NCBI GenBank assembly: GCA_963717935.1
Contig: CAVQXP010000004.1
Location: 704,001-768,000 of the forward strand
Length of the DNA stretch: 64,000 nucleotides
Direction of reading: 5' to 3'
Source: Candidatus Eiseniibacteriota bacterium
Lineage (GTDB): Bacteria; Eisenbacteria; RBG-16-71-46
A program made the translations under genes and the position numbers. The notes under the pieces are model-generated. The model ran no database searches. It was not told the DNA's origin and saw only the letters and a list, made by a program, of their open reading frames with translations. Shown here piece after piece: positions 1 to 9,912 of this stretch. The number at the start of each line of letters is the position of its first letter. Position 1 is the first letter of the stretch.

Positions 1-1
1 C

Positions 2-370
2 GGCGGCGTGACCCTCGCCGTGGATGGCGGCCTGCCCGCGGACGCTCATCCCAACCCCGAAGCGCCGCTCACGCTGCGGGTGCGCGTGTCCGCGCGCACG
101 CTCTTCCAGGCCACGCGCAGGGTGGTGGAGTTCCCGGTGGAATTCGCGCTGCCGCCCGCGGCGGTGGAGCCGGGCGCCTGGCACGTGGACCTCTCGTTCG
201 CCTACTGCACCGAAGGCGACCGGGCGATGTGCGTGCCCGCGCAGCGGGCCTGGCGCGTGGCGGTCACCGTCGCGGACGATGGCGAAGGGCGCCTCGAGCT
301 CAAGGCCGCCCGCGGGGGGGGCCTCGCCGGCCGTGACGTCCGGCAAGGCCCCCCGGCGAGCGGCGCATGA
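2..370 (+). CDS. C-terminal fragment (5'-truncated) with a YC-x7-C motif; resembles the C-terminal beta-sandwich of thioredoxin/NHL-repeat (NHLRC2/SOQ1-like) or DsbD-N-like proteins
   Basis: Frame is open from the window edge; 'HPNPEAP...FAYCTEGDRAMCVP'; stop overlaps the next ATG (ATGA at 367-370). Confidence 0.45.
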   Translation, partial: GGVTLAVDGGLPADAHPNPEAPLTLRVRVSARTLFQATRRVVEFPVEFALPPAAVEPGAWHVDLSFAYCTEGDRAMCVPAQRAWRVAVTVADDGEGRLELKAARGGGLAGRDVRQGPPASGA

Positions 371-1938
371 CGGCTCCGCGCTGGATCTCGGCCGCGATCG
401 TCCTCGGCGTCCTCGCCACGATCGCCTGCTGGCTGGTGTGGTCGCCGCTCGGGGCGAACGACCTGGTCGGCGGCGACGAGGGCTACTACGGGACGATGGC
501 GCGGAACATCGTCGCCTCACCGCGCCAGCTCGTCAGCCCCTCGCTCAGTCCGCTCGGGCCGCCGGGCGACAAGCCGCCGCTCTACCCCGCGCTGCTCGCG
601 CTCTCGGTGCGGGCGTTCGGGCCCACCGAGAGCGCGCTGCGCTGGCTCTCGATCCTCGCGGCGGCGTGCATCGCGCTCTGCGTGGCGGGGCTGGTCCGTC
701 GTGCCACGGGTCCGTGGGCGGCCGCCGCGGCCGCGGCGTTCCTCGTCTGCCTGCCCTATTTCGCCAGCGGCTCGCGCGTGGTCGCGGCGGAGCTCCCGCT
801 GACCGCGCTGGGGAGCGCGGGGCTGCTCTGCGCGAGCGGCGGCGTGTCCTCGAAGTGGCGCGGCTTCGTCGCCGGCGCCCTGCTGGGTGCGGCGTTCCTG
901 TGCAAGCTGTGGCTGGTCGCCCTCATCGGCCTGCCGGTGCTGAGCCTCTTCTGGCCCCTGCGGCGTGAGCGCGCGGCGGCCCTCGCCGTGCTGATCGTGA
1001 CGGCGGCCGCCGTCGCCTCGCTGCAGTTGGTCGCGGTGACGCTCTTCGATCCGCAGTCGCTCGGGCACTGGTGGGCGATCTACCTGAACCGCTCGCTGGC
1101 CGAGCGCGCAGGCGGCGCCGGCTACGCGGCCTACTGGCTCAAGCCGCCGGCGTACTACGCGGCGCTGCTGGCGCATGCGTTCATCCTGCTGCTGCCGCTC
1201 ATCGCCGTGGGGGTCGGGGCGGCGCTGCACCGCTTCCGCGAGCCCGTGCCCCGGGCGCTCCTGCTGTGGGCCGCCGGCACCATCGTGCTCTCGCTCTTCG
1301 CGGTGAAGTCCTACAACTACGCCTACGTCGTGGTTCCCGCGTGGGCGGGATTGGCGGCGCTCGGCGCCCACACGCTCGCGGGGTGGTCGCCGAGGTGGTC
1401 GGCCGGCGTGGCGATCGCGCTCGCCGTGGCGGCCAGCGCGCTGGGTCTCGCGCGCGTGGCGCAGCGGCTCCCGTTCCGCTACCACGTGCCGGGTTACCGC
1501 GCCATGGCGGAGACGGTGGCGCCCCTGCTCGCGGACGTGCCGCCCGCCCGTGCCTGCTTCGTCGGGGCCGAGGCGCCGGCACTCTCCTTCTATCTCTTCC
1601 GCACCGGCTCCTACTGGGGGACCCCGTACACGCCGTGGACGGACGCGCGGCGCCGCGAGGTGCAGGCCGACACCGCGCTCAAGGTCTTCGTCGTGGATCC
1701 GCAACAGGAGCTCTACGGTGGCTGGCCGGACTCGATGACGGTCGCGTGGCTCGAGTCCTCGGCCACCGAGGTCACCGCGGCGATCGCCGAACGCGCGGGC
1801 CGCCCACTGACGCTGAGAGTGTTCGTGCGTGGCGCGGCGGACCCACGGTCCGACTGCTCGCCCGGAGGAAACGCGGGCGCTAGCGCGCCACCGCCAGCCG
1901 CGCCAGGGGCGGCTTCAGCTCGAGCCAGATCACGCTGA
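367..1938 (+). CDS. ArnT/PMT-family (GT-C) membrane glycosyltransferase
   Basis: Multiple TM helices; 'DEGYYGTMARN', 'DKPPLY' and 'AFLCK' motifs typical of ArnT/GT83-GT39. Confidence 0.8.
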   Translation: MTAPRWISAAIVLGVLATIACWLVWSPLGANDLVGGDEGYYGTMARNIVASPRQLVSPSLSPLGPPGDKPPLYPALLALSVRAFGPTESALRWLSILAAACIALCVAGLVRRATGPWAAAAAAAFLVCLPYFASGSRVVAAELPLTALGSAGLLCASGGVSSKWRGFVAGALLGAAFLCKLWLVALIGLPVLSLFWPLRRERAAALAVLIVTAAAVASLQLVAVTLFDPQSLGHWWAIYLNRSLAERAGGAGYAAYWLKPPAYYAALLAHAFILLLPLIAVGVGAALHRFREPVPRALLLWAAGTIVLSLFAVKSYNYAYVVVPAWAGLAALGAHTLAGWSPRWSAGVAIALAVAASALGLARVAQRLPFRYHVPGYRAMAETVAPLLADVPPARACFVGAEAPALSFYLFRTGSYWGTPYTPWTDARRREVQADTALKVFVVDPQQELYGGWPDSMTVAWLESSATEVTAAIAERAGRPLTLRVFVRGAADPRSDCSPGGNAGASAPPPAAPGAASARARSR

Positions 1939-3685
1939 ACCCGTCCGACGTGCGCCACACGCGCGCGCGCCGGACGTTCCACTCGGGCCGGTCCGGGGCC
2001 TCGGCCGGGGCGGCCACGGCCTCGCGCCACTCGGGCCAGGCGCTCGCGGGGTCGCGGAAGACGAGCAGCACGTGGCGGAACTCGAGCCGCCGCCGGCATC
2101 CCTCGAGGTCCGCGGGCGAGAGCGCCAGGTGCAGCACCGGCCGGCGCGCGTGCCAGGCCAGCATGGGACCGAGGTTGCTCATCACCACCTCGCCCGCCGG
2201 GATCTCGCGGTTCATCAGCACCGTGACCTGGAGCAGGCTGAGCACGCTCGGCACGCCACGCTCGGCCGAGGCGACGCGCGCCTCGGCGTTGCCGCGCGCG
2301 GTCTGGAACGCACCCCAGCCGAGCGCCAGCAGGCCGGCCGAGGTGTAGAGCACCCGCCGCAGCCGTGGACGCGGCGCGAGGTCCGCAGCCTGCGCGATGA
2401 CGGCCCACAGCGCCAGGAGGCCGGCCGCTTCGAGCAGGACGCGCGCGGGGAAGACGAACCGGAGCCACGGGATGCTCACCGCCGCCGTGAGCACGCCGAG
2501 CGCGAGGGCGGCGAGCACGGAGAGCGCCGCCACCGCCGGCGGACGGAGATCGGGCGCGTGGAGGGACTCCGGGGGGCTCGAGCCCTCCGGAGCCGACCAC
2601 GGTCGCGCGCTCACGAGCCAGAGCGCGATCGCGCCCAGCCACAGGGCCCGCGGTCCGGTGAAGACGTCGAGCAGCAGCCGCGGAAGGTTCGCCGCGATCT
2701 TGGTCGCGAGGAGCCGTGCGGCCTCGAGGCCCGCCGGCAGCACCGGCATCTCCGGCAGGTGGTAGAGCGAGAACCAGGTGCGGCCCTGCACGCCGTCCCA
2801 CACCACGAACCGCGTCAGATCCCAGGCAGGCGAGCCGAACTCGCGCCACTTGTAGAGCCACCACGGGGTGAGAGGCGCGGCGTAGCCGAGCAGCACGAGC
2901 CCGAGTGCGCGCAGGCGGCGTCCGCGCGGAGCGAGCAGCATCGTGCCCAGTGCCAGCACGGGTGCCAGCCACAGCATGTTCGCGCGCAGCGCGCCGGTCA
3001 CGGCCAGGAGGAACCCGAAGAGCAGCGGCCGGCGGGGCGCCTGGCCGAGCGCCAGGGCCGCCAGCGCGAGCAGGAGGCCGAGCGTGAAGGGCAGTTCGGT
3101 GAAGCCCCCGGCCGCGAAGTGCTGGGCCTCGGGGTCGAGGTAGAACGCGAGCCCCACCGTGAACGCGGCCGCGAGACGCCGTCCCTCGGGCAGTCGCGGC
3201 GCGTACCGGTACAGCAGGCGCGAGACGACCACCGCCAGCAGGAGCCCGATCAGGATGTAGCAGCAGAAGGGCAGGACGAGCGCGAGCCATTCGCGCTGGT
3301 CGGGCCGCGAGAGGTAGAAGAAGGTCGTGCCGCCCAGCCCGATCGCCGTCGGGGTCACGTGAAAGAGCGCGGCCTCGGCCAGCACGAGCCCGGGCTGGAC
3401 GACGGCCAGCGGCCACGGGGGCGTGGCGTGGCGGGTAAGCTCGAGCGGCAGGGCGAAGGTGGTGGCGAGCCGGCCGTGCACGGCGAGCTCGCGCGCGGCG
3501 AGGGCGTACTGCGCCGAGTCGTAGTTGAGCACCGGCGAGCGCCCGCCCAGGCCCCAGGCGTCGGCGTGCAGCATCCAGAGCAGGCACCCAGCCAGCGGCA
3601 GGGCAAAGGCCAGGAATAAGGCGGCGAGTGACGTCCGTGTCCCGCTCACGGCGCGCAGGATAGCCGCTGCGCTCGGGCCCGACAA
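1880..3685 (-). CDS. Multi-pass membrane protein, probable GT-C glycosyltransferase
   Basis: 'YDSAQYALAARELA' after the first TM, 'TELPF', 'LRAN', 'PWWL', about 12 TM segments, soluble C-terminal domain; start codon uncertain. Confidence 0.65.
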   Translation of the reverse strand: MSGPSAAAILRAVSGTRTSLAALFLAFALPLAGCLLWMLHADAWGLGGRSPVLNYDSAQYALAARELAVHGRLATTFALPLELTRHATPPWPLAVVQPGLVLAEAALFHVTPTAIGLGGTTFFYLSRPDQREWLALVLPFCCYILIGLLLAVVVSRLLYRYAPRLPEGRRLAAAFTVGLAFYLDPEAQHFAAGGFTELPFTLGLLLALAALALGQAPRRPLLFGFLLAVTGALRANMLWLAPVLALGTMLLAPRGRRLRALGLVLLGYAAPLTPWWLYKWREFGSPAWDLTRFVVWDGVQGRTWFSLYHLPEMPVLPAGLEAARLLATKIAANLPRLLLDVFTGPRALWLGAIALWLVSARPWSAPEGSSPPESLHAPDLRPPAVAALSVLAALALGVLTAAVSIPWLRFVFPARVLLEAAGLLALWAVIAQAADLAPRPRLRRVLYTSAGLLALGWGAFQTARGNAEARVASAERGVPSVLSLLQVTVLMNREIPAGEVVMSNLGPMLAWHARRPVLHLALSPADLEGCRRRLEFRHVLLVFRDPASAWPEWREAVAAPAEAPDRPEWNVRRARVWRTSDGFSVIWLELKPPLARLAVAR

Positions 3686-3768
3686 CCGCCGGCCGGGGCG
3701 CCGTTGGTCCGGTGGGGCATGCGGGAGTACGTTCCCGTCCGGTTCCGCACACCGGAGGGTTCCTCGCG

Positions 3769-4434
3769 ATGGCCGTTTCGCTCGACAAGTTCGTCCACCA
3801 GTACCTGCCTGCCCCGCATGGCGGGGACGCCCTGACCTTCTTGCTGCTCCACGGGACGGGGGGCGACGAGCACGACCTGCTCCACCTGGGCCCCGCGCTG
3901 GACGAGGGCGCGGGTCTGCTCGCCCCGCGCGCGGGGAGCCTTGCGGGGCCGGGTCCGAACTTCCTGCAGATCCTCGCCGCAGGAGCGCTCGACCTCGACG
4001 ACCTGCACGCGCGCACCTACGAACTGGCCGACTGGGTGCGGGTGGCCGCGGTGGCCCACGGTTTCGATGCCAGGCGCGTCGTGGCGGTGGGCCACGCGAG
4101 CGGCGCCGACATGGCGGCGAGCCTGCTGCTGCTCGAGCCCAGGCTGCTCGCGGGCGCGGTGCTGTTCCGCCCGTCGCTGCCGCTCGAGCCGGAGCGCAAG
4201 CCGCACCTGCACGGCGTGGCGGTCTTCGTCGCCGCGGGGCGCGCGGACGGCAGCATGTCGCCCGAGCGGCTCGAGGGGCTCACCTACCAGCTGCGTCGCG
4301 GCGGCGCGGACGTCACCCTGCACTGGGACAACGCGGGCCACGAACTCGATTCGCGCGAGATCGCCGCGGCGCGCGAATGGCTGCGCCGCCGCCACCTCGC
4401 AAGCGGCCTGAAGGTGCACGACCCGCCGCTGTGA
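3769..4434 (+). CDS. Alpha/beta hydrolase, phospholipase/carboxylesterase (MhqD-like) family, nucleophile apparently substituted
   Basis: RBS GGAGG at 3754-3758; 'LLLHGTGGDE', 'AGRAD', 'AGHEL'; nucleophile elbow reads GHASG. Confidence 0.8.
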   Translation: MAVSLDKFVHQYLPAPHGGDALTFLLLHGTGGDEHDLLHLGPALDEGAGLLAPRAGSLAGPGPNFLQILAAGALDLDDLHARTYELADWVRVAAVAHGFDARRVVAVGHASGADMAASLLLLEPRLLAGAVLFRPSLPLEPERKPHLHGVAVFVAAGRADGSMSPERLEGLTYQLRRGGADVTLHWDNAGHELDSREIAAAREWLRRRHLASGLKVHDPPL

Positions 4435-4603
4435 GGGCGGCGCAGGTTCCGGGGAATCCCCGGGGCCCGCGCCACCGACTCTTCGCGTCCTCTGCCTGCC
4501 AGCTCCTCAAGCCGTTGCCGTTAAATGACTTGGACGGCGCTCCGAAACCCTCAAGCTCTCCCTCGAGACGGTCGATAACCCTTATCGGATGAGCCTGTCT
4601 CCC

Positions 4604-4619
4604 GGGCGCATCGGGTGCA
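4604..4619 (+). promoter_or_regulatory. Possible sigma-54 (-24/-12) promoter of the pilin cluster
   Basis: GGGCGC-ATCGG-GTGCA has GG-N10-GC spacing and lies about 40 bp upstream of the first pilin ATG; imperfect match. Confidence 0.3.
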
Positions 4620-4656
4620 GCATTGCCACGTCTCTCTCGAGGGAACCTCGGACGCC

Positions 4657-5100
4657 ATGCGGAGTCCTGCCGAGCGCGGTTTCAGCCTGGTCGAACTGGC
4701 CATCGTGTTGGTGGTGCTGGGCCTTCTTCTCGGCTTCAGCATCCCGAACTTCCAGAGTCTCTCCTCCACCCACCAGCTGCGCGGAGCGACCGAGAACATC
4801 GCCGGCCAGCTGCGGCTGGCCCGCGAGAAGGCCATCGGCACGGGCATCGCCCAGCCGGTCAGCTTCAAGTACAACTACCTCGGCCAGTCGGACTACCGCA
4901 CGACGCCCGCGAGCGGCGTCGGTGGCTCCTGGCGGCTGCCGCGCGGGATCACCTACGCGTGGGGGGCCGGCACCGACAGCACCTACACCCTCCAGACCGA
5001 CGGTCGCAGCGACCGGTCGGGCCTGATCATCCTGCAGAACCAGCGCGGGAATCGCGACACCGTGAGCGTGCAACTTTCCGGCCTCATCCTCATCAGGTAG
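4657..5100 (+). CDS. FimU/FimT/GspH-like minor pilin
   Basis: Class III signal 'ERG|FSLVELAIVLVVLG'; 'LRLAREKAI' helix typical of GspH/FimT. Confidence 0.88.
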   Translation: MRSPAERGFSLVELAIVLVVLGLLLGFSIPNFQSLSSTHQLRGATENIAGQLRLAREKAIGTGIAQPVSFKYNYLGQSDYRTTPASGVGGSWRLPRGITYAWGAGTDSTYTLQTDGRSDRSGLIILQNQRGNRDTVSVQLSGLILIR

Positions 5101-5107
5101 GCAGACC

Positions 5108-5515
5108 ATGCGCAACCCCGGTCCAATCGCCATCCGAGACGAACGCGGGTCCACGCTCATCGAGTTGATGATCGCGCTCGTGATGCTCACCATCGGCATC
5201 CTTGCCGTCGGCCAACTGTTCCCCGCGGGTTCGCGCAGCCAGCTCCAGGCGCGCATGACCACGGCGGCGAACTACTACGTACAGGAGAAGTTCGAGCAGC
5301 TCGCCGGCGTCTCGTGGACGGACGCGAGCCTCTCCGACGGTCGCCACCCGGCCAGCGATTTCGAAACTCTGGGCAGCGCGGGCCAGTGGCATCGCTTCTA
5401 CGAGGTCAGCACCATGGCCTCGCCGCTGGACAACCTCAAGAAGGTCACGGTCACCGTGGAGTGGGCCTATCTCGGGAACCGCTCGGTGACGTCCACCACC
5501 TATGTGAGGCGCTGA
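5108..5515 (+). CDS. PilV/GspI-like minor pilin
   Basis: 'ERG|STLIELMIALVMLTIGILAV'; C-terminal 'LKKVTVTVEW'. Confidence 0.85.
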   Translation: MRNPGPIAIRDERGSTLIELMIALVMLTIGILAVGQLFPAGSRSQLQARMTTAANYYVQEKFEQLAGVSWTDASLSDGRHPASDFETLGSAGQWHRFYEVSTMASPLDNLKKVTVTVEWAYLGNRSVTSTTYVRR

Positions 5516-5517
5516 AC

Positions 5518-8505
5518 ATGACGTCCCGATCCCTGCTTTCGGCGCAGCGCAGGTCGCGCGGCTTCACGCTCATTGAGTTGATGATTACGGTGATGCTGCT
5601 GGCCGTGGTCATCATCACCCTGACCACGGTGATGTACTCCGCCTCGCGCAGCAAGACCCTGAGCGCGAACAACATCGAAGCCTCCCAGGCCGGCCGCGTG
5701 GCGCTCGACATGCTCGCCCGTGACCTGCGTTCGGCGGGCTACGGGGCCGACCTCGATTACGCGGCCAGGCCGCAGACTCCGATCGCCTACATCGACTCGA
5801 TGCAGGTGCTCATCAACGAGAACCTGCAGCCCTATCCCGACACGACCGGTGGCGGCCACGTCTCGCCGCTGGCCTACGACCCGAGCGGGAGCGGGCAACC
5901 CCGGCCCCTCGTCGCGACCGAGTGGACCCCGCCCATCCGCTACCGGACCGGGGCGGAGATCGTCCGCTGGACGCTCGACCTCGACAACGACGGGCAGGTG
6001 AACGCCGCGGACCAGGGCGACGTGAACGCCCTGGACGCCCAGCGCACGCCCAATCCCGACGATTTCGAGCTCGTCCGCCAGGTCTACGGAGACAGCACCA
6101 GCAACACCGCCGGCAACAACGGGCCCGTGACGCAGCGTGTCGCTCTCGTGCGCCGGCCGGGCAGCGGCGTGCCGCCCCTGTTCTCCGTCTACATGAAGGG
6201 CAGCACCACGCCCTGGGACTGGTCGAGCGGACCCGTCCCCGCCACGCAACTCGGCGACATCGAGCGCGTCGCCATCCAGATCACCGCCCCGAGCGGCAAG
6301 CGGGACTGGCGCGGCCAGTATGCGGAGAGCCATTTCAGCACCGAAGTGAACTCGATGCGGAACACGCCGCAGGCCAGCGCCGACGAGTACCGCGTGGACG
6401 GGTACGTCTTCAACGACAGCATCGTCGTCAACCGGATCCGCGATCCCGGCGAGGTCGGTCTCGCTGGGGCCACCCTCCAGCTCGGCCTGCTCACCACCAT
6501 TTCAACGGCCACCGGGTACTTCAGCTTCAATGTCCCGGCGGGGACGTACCAGCTCAAGCAGATCACCCCCCCGGCCGGCTACGTCAACACCAGCGTCCCC
6601 GAGAGTCTCGCGGTCACGGTCCCCCCGGCGGCCTCCCGCTCGTTCCCGGATGCCGCGCTCCCGGGTGGGCGCATCGCCGTCTTCGTCTACGAGGATCTCA
6701 ACAACAACGGCGTCTTCGATACCGGCGAGCTGGGCGTGCAGTATGTCCGGGTCACGGTGCAGCCCACCGGCGTCTCGGCCTACACGGACGCCTCGGGCAA
6801 CCTCGCCTCCTCGCTGTTCGCGCCCGTGGGGACCTGCTCGCTGAGCGTGACGCCGCCCGATTCCTTCATCGTGACCACGACGAATCCCATCGTGCTGACC
6901 ATCGCCGATCACGACAACCTCTCCCAGACGTTCGGGATCTACAAGCCGGCGAGCGGGACCGTCACGGGCACGGTCTTCCGCGACACCGACCGGGACGGCG
7001 TGCTCGATACCGGCGAGCTGGGCATCCAGAACGTCTGGGTGGGGATCACGACCGACGGCGGTTACACGGTGCAGGGGTTTGCGTGGACCGACGTGAACGG
7101 CCTCTACTCGATCACCGTGCCGGCCAACGACCCGCCGCGCACGACGCCCTACAGCACCATGATCATCCCGCCGGCCGGCTTCTTCCCGACGAGCAGCACG
7201 TCGATCAACGGGATCTACCTGCAGGTTGGACAGACCCTCAGCAGCCAGAACTTCGGCGTGGCCTCCTTCACGGTCATCAATCTCGAGGCCAACCGCGTGC
7301 TGTGCCTGAAGAGCGGCGACCTGGCCGAGAAGGACTGGAACGGGAACCACACCGAGAACGCCCACGGGGACGCGGACCTCATCCTCGGCTCGGACACCGG
7401 CGGGAGCGACCAGATCTCGGTCTGGTTCAACCAGTACAGCAGCACCCCGCTCTTCGATGAGGAGCCCGACTACACCCGGAGCGCGCCGGGCGCGGTCGTC
7501 TCCATGTCCCTCGATTTCTTCAACACCGATTCTCCGTTGAACCGCCCCGACCTGGTGACCGGATGCAAGACCGCCACGGCGGGGAACTTCTTCGTCTGGT
7601 GGTGCCAGAACACGAGCGGCAACGAGGGCTACTTCCGGACGGCCTACAGTCTGGCCTACCGGACGACCGACAACGGCGACGTGCAGGCCCAGGTGAGCCT
7701 GGACTGCGCCGGTGGCGCGGGCGCCGACAAGCCGGACATCGTCGTGGGTACCAAGTCGCCCACCGCCTACCAGGGCAGCGTGGAGCTCTGGACGAACAGC
7801 AACGCCACGAGCCCGACCTTCTCGCGCACCGAGACCTATCCGACCTCCGGCGGGTTCACGGCCGGCTCGCTCGGCGAGGTGACTTCCATGGTCCTCGGCG
7901 ACTTCAATGGCGACGGCTTGCAGGACCTCGCGGTGGGCACGCGCACGGCCATCGGCGGGCAGGTCTGCTTCCTGCGGAACATGGGCAAGACCGCCAGCCC
8001 GCACTTCCTGTTGCAGGCGACCACCACGCTGATCGGGGAGGCCGTGACCGCGCTGGCCGCGCTGGACGTGGACGGCGACGGCCTGATCGACGTAGTCGCG
8101 GGCACGCAGACCATCGCGGCCGGCGGCCGGCTGCTCTTCCTGAGGAACCGGACCGGCGGCTGGACCTTCGACCTCGCGAAGGCCGTGGCGGCTCCCGGCG
8201 TCGTCACCTCGATGGTCGCCGCCGATTTCGGCGGCTCCACGCGCGGCGATCTGGCCATCGGCTGGCGCCAGGGCATCACGGATTACGTGGGAGGCGTGAA
8301 GATCTACTACCTGGACGCCGGCACCATCCCGCCGAACGGCGTGGATCCGTCGGCCGGGACGCTCGTGAACTGGGTGCCCGCCGTCAACTCGAACAACTTC
8401 AACTACGGCACGAACCCGGTCGCCGTCGCGCCCTTCCTCAAGGATCTCGCAGTCGGCGTCAAGGTCTCGGCCACGACGGGCGCCGTGGTGGTCTTCGTCC
8501 GATAG
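5518..8505 (+). CDS. PilW/GspJ-like prepilin fused to three SdrD-B-like domains and FG-GAP/VCBS repeats (~995 aa)
   Basis: 'SRG|FTLIELMITV', 'LDMLARDLRSAGYG'; 'VYEDLNNNGVFDTGE', 'GTVFRDTDRDGVLDTGE'; 'GDFNGDGLQDLAVG', 'LDVDGDGLIDVVAG'. Confidence 0.85.
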   Translation: MTSRSLLSAQRRSRGFTLIELMITVMLLAVVIITLTTVMYSASRSKTLSANNIEASQAGRVALDMLARDLRSAGYGADLDYAARPQTPIAYIDSMQVLINENLQPYPDTTGGGHVSPLAYDPSGSGQPRPLVATEWTPPIRYRTGAEIVRWTLDLDNDGQVNAADQGDVNALDAQRTPNPDDFELVRQVYGDSTSNTAGNNGPVTQRVALVRRPGSGVPPLFSVYMKGSTTPWDWSSGPVPATQLGDIERVAIQITAPSGKRDWRGQYAESHFSTEVNSMRNTPQASADEYRVDGYVFNDSIVVNRIRDPGEVGLAGATLQLGLLTTISTATGYFSFNVPAGTYQLKQITPPAGYVNTSVPESLAVTVPPAASRSFPDAALPGGRIAVFVYEDLNNNGVFDTGELGVQYVRVTVQPTGVSAYTDASGNLASSLFAPVGTCSLSVTPPDSFIVTTTNPIVLTIADHDNLSQTFGIYKPASGTVTGTVFRDTDRDGVLDTGELGIQNVWVGITTDGGYTVQGFAWTDVNGLYSITVPANDPPRTTPYSTMIIPPAGFFPTSSTSINGIYLQVGQTLSSQNFGVASFTVINLEANRVLCLKSGDLAEKDWNGNHTENAHGDADLILGSDTGGSDQISVWFNQYSSTPLFDEEPDYTRSAPGAVVSMSLDFFNTDSPLNRPDLVTGCKTATAGNFFVWWCQNTSGNEGYFRTAYSLAYRTTDNGDVQAQVSLDCAGGAGADKPDIVVGTKSPTAYQGSVELWTNSNATSPTFSRTETYPTSGGFTAGSLGEVTSMVLGDFNGDGLQDLAVGTRTAIGGQVCFLRNMGKTASPHFLLQATTTLIGEAVTALAALDVDGDGLIDVVAGTQTIAAGGRLLFLRNRTGGWTFDLAKAVAAPGVVTSMVAADFGGSTRGDLAIGWRQGITDYVGGVKIYYLDAGTIPPNGVDPSAGTLVNWVPAVNSNNFNYGTNPVAVAPFLKDLAVGVKVSATTGAVVVFVR

Positions 8506-8514
8506 GAGGTCTCT

Positions 8515-9714
8515 ATGGCACGTTCTTCCAGCCCGCACCCCGGTGGTGAACGCGGCATCGCCCTGGTGGTCGCGCTGCTCGCCCTGCTGGTCATCTCCAT
8601 GCTCGCCACGGTGCTGATGATCTCCGTCAACGTGGACACCAAGATCACGGGCCACGGCCTGCGCGTGGCCGAGGCGCTCAACACTGCCGAGGCCGGGATC
8701 GGCGAGGTGCAGGCGCGCATCGCCGAGGGGGACATCGATCTGGCCGGCAACCCGCGCGCCGTGGCGCAGATCTTCAACACCCTCCCCGGCAGTGTTCCCG
8801 TGCTCGGGACCGATTCCACGGGGCTCGCGACCGCACAGCCGGCGGGCGCCTGGCTGGCCTACAGCACGGCCACCCGTGGTCCCCGCGCGCTGACGGTCCA
8901 GTACAAGACCGACGCCGCGCGATCGGTCATCTACCGCTACAACCCGAGCCTGAACCCGGCGGTCCAGACCGCCTCCGGCTCACCGATCTACGTGGTCACT
9001 TCCACGGGCACGGCCGAGGCGGACGTGCGGACCGTGCGTGCCGAGATCTACCCGAAACCCGTCATCGTCAACACCTTTGGTGCCATGGTCGCGAACATCT
9101 CGGTGAGGCTCCAGGGCACGGTCAACATCTGCGGCTACAACCACACCGCGAGCATGCCGACCGCCGCCGACGACGACACGATGTACCACACCGGCGTCGG
9201 CGACCTCGCGGGCACCTGGAGCACGGGCCCCGTGACCGTCATCAGTCACGAGGCATCCAGTCTTGGCGACCCGGACATCATCCAGAACCAGACCCTGCCG
9301 TACACGGGCCCGAACGGGTTCTACGCCGGGCCCTGGGACGTGTTCGGGATGACCCAGGCGCAGTTCTTCACGTGGATCGGGTCGCCGGTCGCCCAGCCGA
9401 ATCCCCCCGTCGGACTGGTCTACATCAACGGGGATGCCGCGTACAACGACGGGGATGGCACGGGCGTGCTCTACGTCACCGGCGACATGACGATGAACGG
9501 CCACTTCACCTACCGCGGCCTGATCTATGTCGAGGGCAACCTGCACCTCAACGGCCAGGCGTGGATCCTCGGTGGGCTGATCGTCAACGGCGTCACGGAG
9601 ATCAAGCTGGCGAACGGCACCGCCTCCGTGTTCTACAGCTCCGACATGATCTCCCAGGCCGCCTCGAGCTCGGACGGAAGCTTCCAGCGGCTCTCCTGGC
9701 GCGAGCTGCCCTGA
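8515..9714 (+). CDS. PilX/GspK-like minor pilin
   Basis: 'ERG|IALVVALLALLVIS' (no Glu5, as in PilX); 'ALNTAEAGI'; C-terminal 'GLIYVEGNL' repeats and 'SWREL'; RBS AGGAGG. Confidence 0.85.
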   Translation: MARSSSPHPGGERGIALVVALLALLVISMLATVLMISVNVDTKITGHGLRVAEALNTAEAGIGEVQARIAEGDIDLAGNPRAVAQIFNTLPGSVPVLGTDSTGLATAQPAGAWLAYSTATRGPRALTVQYKTDAARSVIYRYNPSLNPAVQTASGSPIYVVTSTGTAEADVRTVRAEIYPKPVIVNTFGAMVANISVRLQGTVNICGYNHTASMPTAADDDTMYHTGVGDLAGTWSTGPVTVISHEASSLGDPDIIQNQTLPYTGPNGFYAGPWDVFGMTQAQFFTWIGSPVAQPNPPVGLVYINGDAAYNDGDGTGVLYVTGDMTMNGHFTYRGLIYVEGNLHLNGQAWILGGLIVNGVTEIKLANGTASVFYSSDMISQAASSSDGSFQRLSWRELP

Positions 9715-9912
9715 GCGTCACGGCGCGCTCCGCGGGGCCTCCCGTGCGAGCGCGCCGCAGACGGGATGCGGCGATCATCCCAGGACGGCGAGCCTCCGCG
9801 TGAGGCTCCGGTTCTGCGGGGGCAACTGCAGCGGCCGAGATCGAGCAGGCCATCCGGGAGCAGATGCTCGAGCGGTCGCGTCGTCGCGGACGGCCGGGGG
9901 CGGCCCGGACCC

